64,000 nt of DNA. Origin: an uncultured Sunxiuqinia sp. (lineage in GTDB: Bacteria > Bacteroidota > Bacteroidia > Bacteroidales > Prolixibacteraceae). The position numbers and the translations under genes are program-made. The DNA is taken from NCBI RefSeq assembly GCF_963974515.1, contig NZ_CAXBDD010000003.1, forward strand, positions 71,898-135,897, given 5' to 3'. A model generated the notes under the pieces. That model was not told the DNA's origin. It saw only the letters and a list, made by a program, of their open reading frames with translations, and did not search any database. Shown in pieces: positions 49,943 through 60,201 of this stretch. Each line of letters begins with the position of its first letter. Within the stretch, counting starts at the first letter, position 1.

Positions 49943-50889
49943 TAATTTTAATAATCAAACAGAATCAATTCGAGAGGCTGCTTCCCCCCAGAAGCAGCTT
50001 TCTTTTTGGCCCGTAGGCAAACCAATCCTGCTGTTTCAAAGGGCCGATGCCAAAACAAAGTCAGGGGTTACAACAGGCCCTGGTGAATGCCCTTCATTCC
50101 ATTTTACTTTTGCTGGCACCATCAGCCACTGGATCTCAAGCGGAATATCTACCCGTAAGCAGGATAATTTACAATTGAGGTTCTATAGACTGGAAGTAGA
50201 TTTAATAACCAGGATAGTTTTATTACACCAGGTCCTCTTAAATCAAATGCTGATTTTTTCAAGACTTTTTTTTTACAGTTTTTTCATTGAATCAAGTTAC
50301 GCCAAATCAAAAAGCAATGATTAGCACGTATGTTGCAAAAGTCTAAACTATGTTGCAACAGGTTACACATGTTTGAGGAGGAGATTCCATGTTTATTTTA
50401 ATTGGCCTACTGAACCGGTCACTCGATGTTGTCAGCTGAGTGGCTTGATTAGTGAAGGATTCATTTCGAGTGCAGCCCGCACTCGCAAGCGATTCCGCAT
50501 ATTGGTCGGATGACTTCGACCTAGCAAGAAGACTTTTTCTACAGATTGCGTTTTCGCTGCCTCAGGCATCAGATGTTTGCAGGAATAACCGGAGCAAGGG
50601 ATGATGCGATCCCCCGGCTGGTATGGTACGGCTTGCATCCTGGCTCCTTATTCTTCAAACAAGTCAATCCGCCGGATTTTAAAATAATGGCCAATGGGAT
50701 GACTTTCGTTTGTGCCAGTCGATACAACAATTGGTAAAAAAAGCAGTATAAGTGCTTAGTATATGAGTTGGTGAGTTGATGGCTCAGGTGTTCTTTGGTC
50801 GCAGGTATTCTTATGGAAGCAAACTATTTCTGTATTCAGTGGTTTGTGTAGTTGTGATGGGCGTTGCTTTAAACCGTAAAACTAGTTCT

Positions 50890-51993
50890 ATGCCAATTTA
50901 TATGGATCGTCATGATGTGTCAGACCAGGTAACTGCCGAAATTGTGGCCGAGTTACATCAGCAGGATTTACAAATTCAGGATCAATTTGATTGTAAAGGT
51001 TTAACCTACTGGTTTGATGAAAAGCGGAAAACCGCTTTTTGTTTGATTGAAGCGCCCAACGCTGATGCCATTCAACAAATGCATGACCATGCTCATGGCG
51101 AAGTCCCGCACCAGATTATTGAAGTAGATACCCACGTGGTCGAGTCATTTCTCGGCAGAATTACTGATCCGGAAAAGTCACAAAACACCGATTTAAATAT
51201 TATTCGCGATCCTGCTTTCAGGGCAATTCTGGTTACCGGGTTTGATGACGGGCCGTTGCTTGATGCACCGAACATCCAGAATTCAGACTTTTCCAGTTGT
51301 ATGAAGTCGTTTTCCAGCGTTTTTGGTCGTTTTGGAGGCCAACTGGTGAAGCAAAGCGGGAACCGTTTCCTGGTTTCGTTTCAGTCGGTCTCGGAGGCTG
51401 TTCGGTGCGCGATCGAGCTGCATACTGTAGACAAGGAAAGGCATGAATCCATGCGGTGTGATACCAATAAACTAAAAACAGGAATCAGTTCCGGAGTGCC
51501 GGTTACAGAAGGGAAGCAGTTTTTTGAAGAGGCGATCCAAACGGCTGAGCGGATGTTTCATATTTCGGATGGCAAGATCGTGATGTCTTTGGAAATCAAA
51601 AAGCTTTACAAAAGCGATAATCTGAATGTTTTTCTTGATGACGAGGTGGTTGAGATCTTGAATCCTTCGGATGAAAAATTTTTAAATCGCTTAATGAGCT
51701 ACATAACGGAGACCTGGCAAAACACGGAGCTGCATGTAGATGATTTTGGAGCGCACCTGGGCTACAGCAGGTCGCAATTGTATCGAAAAATGGTTTCACT
51801 CACTGGCATGTCTCCCAATAGTTTTATCAAGGAATATCGTTTGGCCAAGGCCTTAAGCCTCATCAACCAGCAGTCCGGGAATATTTCGGAGATTGCCTAC
51901 GAAACCGGGTTTAACAGCCCGTCTTACTTTGCCAAATGCTTTCATAAAAAATATGGTCTGTCGCCGTCCGAATACATGAATCAAGTGGAGTGA
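50890..51993 (+). CDS. DUF4242 (SCO4226-like metal-binding) domain + degenerate nucleotide-cyclase-like domain + AraC HTH
   Basis: MPIYMDRH, AELHQQD, YWFDE, FCLIEAP, MHDHAHG; central GNRFLVSF..AVRCA..KTGISSG; AraC SRSQLYRK...EIAYETGFNSPSYFAKCF. Confidence 0.82.
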   Translation: MPIYMDRHDVSDQVTAEIVAELHQQDLQIQDQFDCKGLTYWFDEKRKTAFCLIEAPNADAIQQMHDHAHGEVPHQIIEVDTHVVESFLGRITDPEKSQNTDLNIIRDPAFRAILVTGFDDGPLLDAPNIQNSDFSSCMKSFSSVFGRFGGQLVKQSGNRFLVSFQSVSEAVRCAIELHTVDKERHESMRCDTNKLKTGISSGVPVTEGKQFFEEAIQTAERMFHISDGKIVMSLEIKKLYKSDNLNVFLDDEVVEILNPSDEKFLNRLMSYITETWQNTELHVDDFGAHLGYSRSQLYRKMVSLTGMSPNSFIKEYRLAKALSLINQQSGNISEIAYETGFNSPSYFAKCFHKKYGLSPSEYMNQVE

Positions 51994-52601
51994 TGTAGCT
52001 TCGCTTTTCCTTCCATAGAATCTACTTTCAGACACAAATTTGTAAGTTTTGATTTTTATTTGATCGGGACTTTTTTCTAAGAACCAGAAGATGAAAACCA
52101 AAGGAAAAGTTTGGATCCTTAAGTCCGACACCTGGCCGGAGGCGAAAGCAGGCCAGGGCGTCAAAGTCGCCCGGACCTGCGTTGGCGGGAAGGATAAATC
52201 TGCAGATCTGGAGAAAAGCGTTTTGCGATGAGGCGCAGGCCGACAAAGATCCTCCCAATACTAAAGAATTGCACCTTGTTTGCTGTTGTGCAATTCAACC
52301 CGGGTGCCGTTTCACTACACCTGGGGCAATTGACATTTAACCCTGTTGGGATAACAGGTTTTTCTCGGGGCAGCCGAGAAAATTGGTGCGTCTTGTGCCC
52401 CATCATATTTGTGTATGAAGGCAGTTCCAAAGAATAAAAAGACCTAAATGTATTCATTGTTGAACGGAATGTGTCAGTCCACGGGAGTGATAAGCCCTAA
52501 TTTTGAGTCAATGCATGGGGGCGACTCGATCACCCCCCAAAATCACAACACCAGGCATACAAGTGCCTGTGAATTGAAAATGAAAAAAAAATGAGAAGGT
52601 T

Positions 52602-52976
52602 ATGAGTAAAATGTTATTTGAAAGACTTGGAGGTAAAGAAGGTATTACAAAAATTGTTGATGACGTAGTGGACGCGCACATGAACAATCCGGCGATCAGT
52701 TCCCGCTTTCTTCCTTATCTGGAAACGCCGGAGAAACTAGCGATTGTAAAACAACATACAGTTGATTTTTTTAGTGCCGGAAGTGGTGCCCCCGTGACTT
52801 ACAACGGACGCGATATGCCGGAAGCGCATCGGGGAATGAATATTAGTGCGGCCGAATACATGCATGCCATCGACGATATCTTTTTGGCCCTGGACAAGCA
52901 TCGAATCGACGATGAAACAAAAAAGGATGTACTGTTTATCCTATGGTCGTTAAAAGGGATGATTATGGGCCGGTAG
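52602..52976 (+). CDS. Group I truncated haemoglobin
   Basis: LFERLGG..GI..IVD, YNGRDM..AH, LWSLKGMI. Confidence 0.9.
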   Translation: MSKMLFERLGGKEGITKIVDDVVDAHMNNPAISSRFLPYLETPEKLAIVKQHTVDFFSAGSGAPVTYNGRDMPEAHRGMNISAAEYMHAIDDIFLALDKHRIDDETKKDVLFILWSLKGMIMGR

Positions 52977-52981
52977 TGAAT

Positions 52982-53016
52982 AAAAAAAAGCCACCCTCCC
53001 GTAGGAAGATGGCTTT
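52982..53016. terminator. Terminator between convergent trHb and PFOR
   Basis: A-run followed by agcca..cc/gg..tggct stem. Confidence 0.65.
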
Positions 53017-53045
53017 GAACTATAGTAAACGGTTTTTTTCTCAGC

Positions 53046-56000
53046 TTACTTTTCTTCAGTCGTTTCCGGTGCAAAGTTCATGGCAGCGAACCGTTTGTAG
53101 GAAGCATGACGCCATTTGGCATTTTCTTCCGACGCCTTAAACAGTTCGGCAGCTTGTTCCGGGAATGACTTTTTCAGTGAAGTATAACGAACTTCGCCGT
53201 TCAGGAATTCCTGGAACTTACTCCAGTCCGGATCTTTTGAGTCCATTACGAAAGGATTTTGTCCTTCTTGTTCCAACATGGGGTTGTAGCGGAACAGTGA
53301 CCAATAACCGGCTTCAACGGCTTTTTTCTCTTCAGCTTGTGTTGCGCCCATGCTGGCACGCAGTCCGTGGTTGATACACGGAGAATAAGCGATGATCAGC
53401 GATGGTCCCGGGTAAGCTTCCGCTTCGCGAATTGCTTTCAGGTATTGCGCCTGGTTAGCCCCCATAGCCACTTGTGCTACATAAACATAGCCGTACGACA
53501 TGGCCATAACACCCAAATCCTTTTTGCGGATTTTCTTACCTGAAGAGGCAAATTTGGCAACCGCACCAACCGGAGTCGATTTTGATGCCTGACCACCAGT
53601 GTTCGAATAAACTTCGGTATCCATCACCAATACGTTTACATCTTCGCCCGAAGCCAACACGTGATCCAGACCTCCGTAACCGATGTCGTAGGCCCATCCG
53701 TCGCCACCAAATACCCATACTGATTTTTTCACCAGGTATTTTTTCAGGCTTAGAATGTCTTTGGCATATGGCGCATCGTTTCCAGTCAAAACTTCCAGTA
53801 CCTTCGCTGACGCTTCTTTCGATGCTTCGGCATTGTCTTTTCCTTCGATCCAGGCAGTGAAAACTGCTTTTTCATCATCGCTGATGCCGTTTTGTAAAGC
53901 ATCGCTCATGATCATTGCAATGCGGTCGCGTTGTGCGTTCACACCTTCTGACATACCAAAACCATATTCGGCGTTGTCTTCAAACAGTGAGTTAGCCCAT
54001 GCTGGTCCTTCACCGCTTTCCTTGTGCTTGCAGTAGGGAGTTGCCGGAGCCGATCCACCGTAGATAGAAGAACAACCGGTGGCGTTGGCAATCATCATGC
54101 GTTCGCCAAACAACTGAGTAATCAGTTTGATGTATGGTGTTTCACCACAACCCGCACAAGCTCCGGAGAACTCAAACAAAGGTTGGGCAAACTGTGAGTT
54201 TTTCACCGACTTGAACTTGTCAACCACTTTTTCTTTGTAAGTGACTTGCTTGTCCATATAATCCCAGCGCGCAATTTGCGACTCCTGTGATCCCAGCGGT
54301 TTCATGATCAAAGATTTCTCTTTGGAAGGACACACTTCGGCACAGTTTCCACAACCGGTACAATCCAGTACTGAAACCTGGATGCGGAAATTCAATCCGG
54401 GGAATTGCTTGGTAGGTGTCGCTGTTTTTACCGCTGTTCCTTCCGGTGCATTGGCCAGTTCTTCTTCGGTTAAAAGGAACGGACGGATGGCCGCGTGAGG
54501 ACAAACGTAAGCACATTGGTTACACTGAATACAGTTGTCTTCTTGCCATTCGGGCACGTTGACCGCAATTCCGCGTTTTTCAAACGCAGCGGTTCCTTGT
54601 TCGAAGGTACCGTCTTCATAACCTACAAAGGTTGATACCGGCAGATCGTTTCCTTTTTGTGCGTTGATCACGTCAACAAATTTGCTGATGTAATCCGGGC
54701 GGTCAGTGGCGGCCGCTTCTTCCTCGAGCTTGATATCTTTCCACTCGGCAGGAACAGCAACTTTAACCACGTTTTTACCACCGGCTTCAACAGCGGCAAA
54801 GTTCATGTTGACGATTTTTTCGCCTTTGGAACCGTATGATTTAACAATTGCCTTTTTCATGGAATCAACCGCCTGGTCGTAAGGAATTACTCCGGTGATT
54901 TTGAAGAAAGCCGACTGCATGATGGTGTTGGTACGGGTTCCCAGTCCAAGCTCTTCGCCCAGTTTGGTTCCGTTGATGATGTAGAACTTGATTTCGTTTT
55001 CGGCCAGGTAACGTTTCATGGCGTCGGGCAGGCGTTTTTTGGTTTCCTCTTCATCCCAGATGGAGTTGAGCAGGAATGAACCACCCTTCTTCAGGCCTTT
55101 CAACACGTCATACAGATTCACGTAGGCCGGAACGTGGCAAGCCACAAAATCAGGCGTGGTAATCAGGTAGGTTGAGCGGATCGGGCTGTCGCCAAAACGA
55201 AGGTGCGAACAAGTAAAACCACCCGATTTTTTCGAGTCGTACTCGAAATAACCCTGGCAAAATTTGTCCGTGGTGTCACCAATAATTTTGATGGAGTTTT
55301 TGTTGGCTCCAACGGTACCATCCGAACCTAAACCATAGAATTTTGCTTCGTAGGTTCCTTCAGGAGAAACTTTAATTTCTTCTTTTAACGGAAGTGACTT
55401 GAAGGTCACGTCGTCAACAATACCCAGCGTGAATCCGTTTTTCGGTTCGGGAAGCTCCAGGTTTTCGTAAACCGACATGATTTGCGATGGGGTAGTGTCT
55501 TTTGAACCCAAGCCAAAGCGTCCGCCAACAATCACAGGCGCGTTTTCTTTTCCGTAGAACAGGTCCTTTACTTCAAGATAAAGCGGTTCGCCGTTTGTTC
55601 CAGGCTCTTTGCTGCGGTCAAGAATGGCAATGCGCTTCACTGATTTTGGCAGTACATTCATAAAGTACTTGCCGCTAAACGGACGATACAGGTGCACCGA
55701 CAATAAACCAACTTTTTTGCCTTGAGCAGCCAGATGGTCGATGGTTTCTTTGATGGTTTCGGTAACCGACCCCATCGCGATGATGATGTTTTCAGCATCC
55801 TTGTCACCGTAGTAGGTGAACGGGTGATACTCGCGCCCGGTCAGCTTGGTAATTTCCTGCATATAGCCTTCCACAATGTCGGGAACCGCATCGTAGAATG
55901 CGTTGGAAGCTTCTTTCGCCTGGAAGAAAATATCCGGGTTTTGCGCAGTACCACGGGTTTGCGGGCTTTCAGGGTTTAAAGCGCGATCGCGGAATGCTTG

Positions 56001-56606
56001 CAATGCTTCGTAATCAATCAATGGGCGGATATCTTCCTGGTCAAGAACTTCGATTTTTTGAACTTCGTGTGAAGTCCGGAATCCATCGAAGAACGACAAG
56101 AAAGGTACGCGTGATTTCAGCGTAGCCAGGTGAGAAACACCAGCCAAATCCATTTCTTCTTGTACTGAACCAGCAGCCAACATGGCGAATCCGGTTTGAC
56201 GAGCCGCGTAAACATCGGAGTGATCGCCGAAGATTGACAAGGCGTGACCTGCCAAGGCACGGGCACTCACGTGAAATACAGTCGGCAGCAATTCACCGGC
56301 AATTTTGTACATGTTAGGAATCATCAACAACAAACCTTGTGAGGCGGTGTAAGTTGAAGTCAATGCGCCTGATTGCAACGCCCCGTGAACAGCACCGGCA
56401 GCGCCGCCTTCACTTTGCATTTCGGCTAAACGTACCGGACGTCCAAATAAGTTCTTTTTCCCTTTTGCAGCCCATTCATCCACATATTCGGCCATGGTTG
56501 ACGATGGCGTAATGGGATAGATACAGGCAACTTCGCTAAACATGTAACTCATATACGCCGCTGCGTAGTTTCCGTCACACGTAATGAATTTCTTCTCTTT
56601 TGCCAT
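53046..56606 (-). CDS. nifJ: Pyruvate:ferredoxin (flavodoxin) oxidoreductase
   Basis: YPITPS, QSEGGAAG, GSDGTVGANK, two CxxCxxC ferredoxin motifs, FSGACAGCGET, GGDGWAYDIG; start MAKEKKF. Confidence 0.97.
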   Translation of the reverse strand: MAKEKKFITCDGNYAAAYMSYMFSEVACIYPITPSSTMAEYVDEWAAKGKKNLFGRPVRLAEMQSEGGAAGAVHGALQSGALTSTYTASQGLLLMIPNMYKIAGELLPTVFHVSARALAGHALSIFGDHSDVYAARQTGFAMLAAGSVQEEMDLAGVSHLATLKSRVPFLSFFDGFRTSHEVQKIEVLDQEDIRPLIDYEALQAFRDRALNPESPQTRGTAQNPDIFFQAKEASNAFYDAVPDIVEGYMQEITKLTGREYHPFTYYGDKDAENIIIAMGSVTETIKETIDHLAAQGKKVGLLSVHLYRPFSGKYFMNVLPKSVKRIAILDRSKEPGTNGEPLYLEVKDLFYGKENAPVIVGGRFGLGSKDTTPSQIMSVYENLELPEPKNGFTLGIVDDVTFKSLPLKEEIKVSPEGTYEAKFYGLGSDGTVGANKNSIKIIGDTTDKFCQGYFEYDSKKSGGFTCSHLRFGDSPIRSTYLITTPDFVACHVPAYVNLYDVLKGLKKGGSFLLNSIWDEEETKKRLPDAMKRYLAENEIKFYIINGTKLGEELGLGTRTNTIMQSAFFKITGVIPYDQAVDSMKKAIVKSYGSKGEKIVNMNFAAVEAGGKNVVKVAVPAEWKDIKLEEEAAATDRPDYISKFVDVINAQKGNDLPVSTFVGYEDGTFEQGTAAFEKRGIAVNVPEWQEDNCIQCNQCAYVCPHAAIRPFLLTEEELANAPEGTAVKTATPTKQFPGLNFRIQVSVLDCTGCGNCAEVCPSKEKSLIMKPLGSQESQIARWDYMDKQVTYKEKVVDKFKSVKNSQFAQPLFEFSGACAGCGETPYIKLITQLFGERMMIANATGCSSIYGGSAPATPYCKHKESGEGPAWANSLFEDNAEYGFGMSEGVNAQRDRIAMIMSDALQNGISDDEKAVFTAWIEGKDNAEASKEASAKVLEVLTGNDAPYAKDILSLKKYLVKKSVWVFGGDGWAYDIGYGGLDHVLASGEDVNVLVMDTEVYSNTGGQASKSTPVGAVAKFASSGKKIRKKDLGVMAMSYGYVYVAQVAMGANQAQYLKAIREAEAYPGPSLIIAYSPCINHGLRASMGATQAEEKKAVEAGYWSLFRYNPMLEQEGQNPFVMDSKDPDWSKFQEFLNGEVRYTSLKKSFPEQAAELFKASEENAKWRHASYKRFAAMNFAPETTEEK

Positions 56607-56788
56607 TTTATTCAAGTTAAATTTCAGATTTATATTCTTTTGATTCTCAATTCTTGTTGCAGGATGCTGGACGTTGGTGAACTTTAATTGAAAGTTCACG
56701 AGGCAAATTCCATATTTCCAACTTTTTATAAGACATCCTTTTTATTTATTCTCTTTTCTCTTCAATTCTTTTATTCCGCATCTAGCAT

Positions 56789-57964
56789 CTAATACAAAAA
56801 ACCAAAAAGCCACAAAGGGATCTTATTTTCGCTGCCTGCTTCAATCATGTCGGCAGCAGCATAAGTTCCTTCTTCCGGCTCGGTATATTTTCCACCAATA
56901 ATGAAGTGGTATTTTTCGTTTACCTTAAAGTCAGCTCTGTCCGAGCTTTTTATATGGTGTTGGTATCCCACTTGGTTATAAAAGAAGGTGGTGCGTAAAT
57001 TTCGGTTGCTGGTATTGTTTGGTTCTACGGCAAACAGCAGGTTGGTGTTGTGCATGTATACCAAATCCGGTTTTTTCGACTGATCTTCGCTGCCATTAGG
57101 GAAAAGCAAGTTAATCAGACGCGCATTTTTCAGGTAGCGTATGTAGTTCATAATCGTAGCCCGCGAAGTTTCCACTTCGTTACTTACTTTACTAATATTG
57201 GGCGAAAAAGGTGCCTCGCTGGCTGTAATTTGAAGCAGCTTTCTCAGCTTGGGAAGATACTTCAATTCCAGCTGGTTCAGATAAGTCACATCCAGTTCCA
57301 AAGCCAGATTAACATGTTTGAGCAGCTTCTCGTAGTAAAACGACTTGTTATTCAGAAAATATGGATAAAATCCGGTTTGCAGATATTCCTGAAAGTAGGC
57401 TAACGGCTTGACATGTTCCGTGATTTCCTTTGTAATTTGCTGGTGATTTGTCAATATTTCATCCAGTTTGTAACGCCTGAATTGATGTTTTCCGTGAAAA
57501 TTTAAATACTCGCGGAACGACAAACCTTCGAGATGATAAACCTTGGCGATATTTTTAAGTTTTTCATTTCCCTCAATGACCCGTAAAACAGGTGAGGCGG
57601 TGAAAACGATTTTCAACTCAGGAAGATGATCATAGCATGCCCGCAATTCTTCCGACCACTCCGGATATTTATGGATCTGGTCCAGAATCAGAACTTTGCC
57701 ACCTTTTTTGTAGAATTCGTCGGCAAAATTGTAAATCTTGCGCCGGGTAAAGTAAAAATTGTTCAAATTGACATACAAGCAAGTTTTGTCATCGGCATAT
57801 TTTTCTTCTACCAGGTTAAGCAGGAAGGTGGTTTTGCCGACTCCACGAAAACCCTTGATACAAATCAATCGGTGCGACCAGTCGATCTCATCAATCAACT
57901 CCCGGCGAATTGTTTCACGGGATTGTTCGAAAAGCGTTTGATGTATATGTATAAGATGCTCCAC
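56789..57964 (-). CDS. AAA_14-type ATPase with C-terminal DUF4143-like region
   Basis: Walker A GFRGVGKTT; Walker B ILDQ (atypical); GLSFREYL, GFYPY. Confidence 0.82.
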   Translation of the reverse strand: MEHLIHIHQTLFEQSRETIRRELIDEIDWSHRLICIKGFRGVGKTTFLLNLVEEKYADDKTCLYVNLNNFYFTRRKIYNFADEFYKKGGKVLILDQIHKYPEWSEELRACYDHLPELKIVFTASPVLRVIEGNEKLKNIAKVYHLEGLSFREYLNFHGKHQFRRYKLDEILTNHQQITKEITEHVKPLAYFQEYLQTGFYPYFLNNKSFYYEKLLKHVNLALELDVTYLNQLELKYLPKLRKLLQITASEAPFSPNISKVSNEVETSRATIMNYIRYLKNARLINLLFPNGSEDQSKKPDLVYMHNTNLLFAVEPNNTSNRNLRTTFFYNQVGYQHHIKSSDRADFKVNEKYHFIIGGKYTEPEEGTYAAADMIEAGSENKIPLWLFGFLY

Positions 57965-58152
57965 TTGTTATCGATGCAATTTCTGCAAGCAAAAGTAAAC
58001 ACGAAGTTTGATATTTTGCAATCCAGAGATAACAATTTCATCCAAAATGTGTAATTTATAATTAGTAAAAATAAGCTCTTGGCTGGCTGGCATCATCGGA
58101 GAAATGATGAAGACATTAGATAATGCGTATTTTTGTGAAAATTCAATTGTTT

Positions 58153-60141
58153 ATGGGAATCCAAAATCCTGAATTGCTTTTACCAGCCGGAAATACCGAA
58201 TCGTTTTATGCGGCCTTGGAGGGTGGTGCCGACGCTGTTTACCTTGGCTTGACAAGTTTTAATGCGCGTGGACGTGCGGCTAATTTTGCCGAAGGTCATT
58301 TGCTGGCCGCTGTGCAGGAAGCAAAAAAGCGCAGGGTGAAAATTTACGTTACCCTGAATACGGTAATTAAGAACAAGGAAATTGAGCCTTTGCTGGATGT
58401 GCTTTCTTTTTTGGAGCAAGCCCGCGTTGAAGCTATCATTATTCAGGACTGGGGCTTGTATTATCTTGCGCGGTTGCGTTTCCCAAAACTGGTTATTCAT
58501 GCCAGCACGCAAATGGGAAATCACAATTCGCTTGGTGTAGCGTTTTCGGAACAAAAGCGAATTGCACGGGTCATTCTGGCTCGCGAACTCACGATGACCG
58601 AATTGAGCCAAATTGCCGCCTGCGCGAAAACAGAGCTCGAGCTCTTTGTGCATGGTGCTTTGTGTTATTCCTTTTCGGGCTTGTGTTTCTTCAGCAGTTA
58701 CCTCGGAGGCCGCGGAGCCAACCGAGGATTATGCGCACAGCCTTGCCGCCGTATTTATCAGGATGGTGAACAAAGCAAGTTTCTTTTCAACCTAAAAGAC
58801 AACCAGCAACTGCCTAACCTGGAGAAACTGAAGGCGCTGGGCATCCGGTCGCTTAAAGTGGAAGGGCGTATGAAATCGGCCGATTACGTTTATCGCGTGG
58901 CACAGGCTTACCGTATGGCTATCGACCACCCGGAGAAGAAGCAGGAAGCAGAGGAATTGCTGAAGCTGGATTTTGGGCGCGAGAAGATCGCTTACTTTCT
59001 GGGGAAAGACGTGAAGGACGGAATTGCCGATTCTTCGAACACTGGAATTCCGATCGGTTTTGTGAGCCGGGTGAAAAATAAGGAGGTGACTTTTGAGTCA
59101 AACACCGACCTGCTGGAAGGGGATCGCATTCGGATTCGGAATGTCCGAAATGAAAGTACTTTCAATGCCCGCTTACAGGAACTGAAAAGAGAAAACAGCC
59201 GGTACATGTTTTTACTGGCTGGGAAAGAAACAGTCAACCCCGGTGACGAATTATTCTGGGTGGGACGTAAAGCGAAGGCTCTGCCGACCAAATTTAGAAA
59301 GCTACCACAGTACCGGGTTGTAAGACTCCCACTTTCTGAGAAGAAGCGACTTCGACAGCAACTGGAGATCAAGCAAAAAAAATCAAATTCTCAGGTTTTA
59401 CTTCGGGTTGATGATGCGAAATGGTTCAACTGGCTGCGAACCGACGAGCTCGATGGAATTGTGCTGTCTTTCACTCGCAGACAATTGGAGACCTTTGATT
59501 TTTCTGCTGACTTTGCTCAGATGAACAAACAGAAAATCTACCTTGAACTACCAAAGTTTATTTCGGAAGAGCAGCTTGCCGATTGGAAAACGCAGTTGCA
59601 AAAAATTGAAAAGCTTGGATTTAATCGGTTTTTCGTCAGTCACTTGTCGCAAAAGTTGTTATTGAGCCCATCTGTCCAGGTGTGCAGCAACGAAAATGTG
59701 TACGTTTATAATGATGCCGCGGCCAAATTGCTGAAGGAAAATCAAATGCTCAATTTCTGTTACCCCATAGAAAACGATTTTGAAAATCTGAAAAGCATGA
59801 AGAACAAGCAGGGCCTTGTGGTGCTGCATGCTTATCCCGAATTGTTTTTTTCGCGCATGCCAGTGCCGGTTTCCGGTGCGGAAAGTCGGTTTAAGGATGA
59901 CGGTGGAAAATCGTTTGTCAAGTCGCAAAGAGAAGGGATGACCATCGTGACCCCTACTATTCCGGTTAGCCTTTTTCAATATCGAAAACAACTTGAGCAT
60001 GAGGGCTTTTCGAATTTTTTGATTGACCTGAACCATGAGAAACCTTCGAAAAATGCTTTGAAAAAAGTGATGACCAAGTTTCGGGCGGGAGAGCAGTTTC
60101 AGCCATCCACGGTTTTCAACTTCAAAAAAGGCTTGGTTTGA
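58153..60141 (+). CDS. U32 peptidase-family Fe-S hydroxylase (RlhA-like long form)
   Basis: ELLLPAG, GADAVY, HASTQM, ILARE, CX6CX15CX3C cluster motif, LKVEGRMK. Confidence 0.88.
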   Translation: MGIQNPELLLPAGNTESFYAALEGGADAVYLGLTSFNARGRAANFAEGHLLAAVQEAKKRRVKIYVTLNTVIKNKEIEPLLDVLSFLEQARVEAIIIQDWGLYYLARLRFPKLVIHASTQMGNHNSLGVAFSEQKRIARVILARELTMTELSQIAACAKTELELFVHGALCYSFSGLCFFSSYLGGRGANRGLCAQPCRRIYQDGEQSKFLFNLKDNQQLPNLEKLKALGIRSLKVEGRMKSADYVYRVAQAYRMAIDHPEKKQEAEELLKLDFGREKIAYFLGKDVKDGIADSSNTGIPIGFVSRVKNKEVTFESNTDLLEGDRIRIRNVRNESTFNARLQELKRENSRYMFLLAGKETVNPGDELFWVGRKAKALPTKFRKLPQYRVVRLPLSEKKRLRQQLEIKQKKSNSQVLLRVDDAKWFNWLRTDELDGIVLSFTRRQLETFDFSADFAQMNKQKIYLELPKFISEEQLADWKTQLQKIEKLGFNRFFVSHLSQKLLLSPSVQVCSNENVYVYNDAAAKLLKENQMLNFCYPIENDFENLKSMKNKQGLVVLHAYPELFFSRMPVPVSGAESRFKDDGGKSFVKSQREGMTIVTPTIPVSLFQYRKQLEHEGFSNFLIDLNHEKPSKNALKKVMTKFRAGEQFQPSTVFNFKKGLV

Positions 60142-60201
60142 CCAGATAATTATATCTTAGTCTTACCGTTTATTTTTGAGACAAACATAACTTGACTAAC
60201 T

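Noticed and set aside
50270-50290. Poly-A tract as a phase-variation switch
   Set aside because: The stop codon TAA begins before the A9 run, so changing run length would not reopen the frame
53165-56125. Several ORFs overlapping PFOR, including Arg-rich ones
   Set aside because: Alternate-frame or antisense shadows of a highly conserved gene; no motifs
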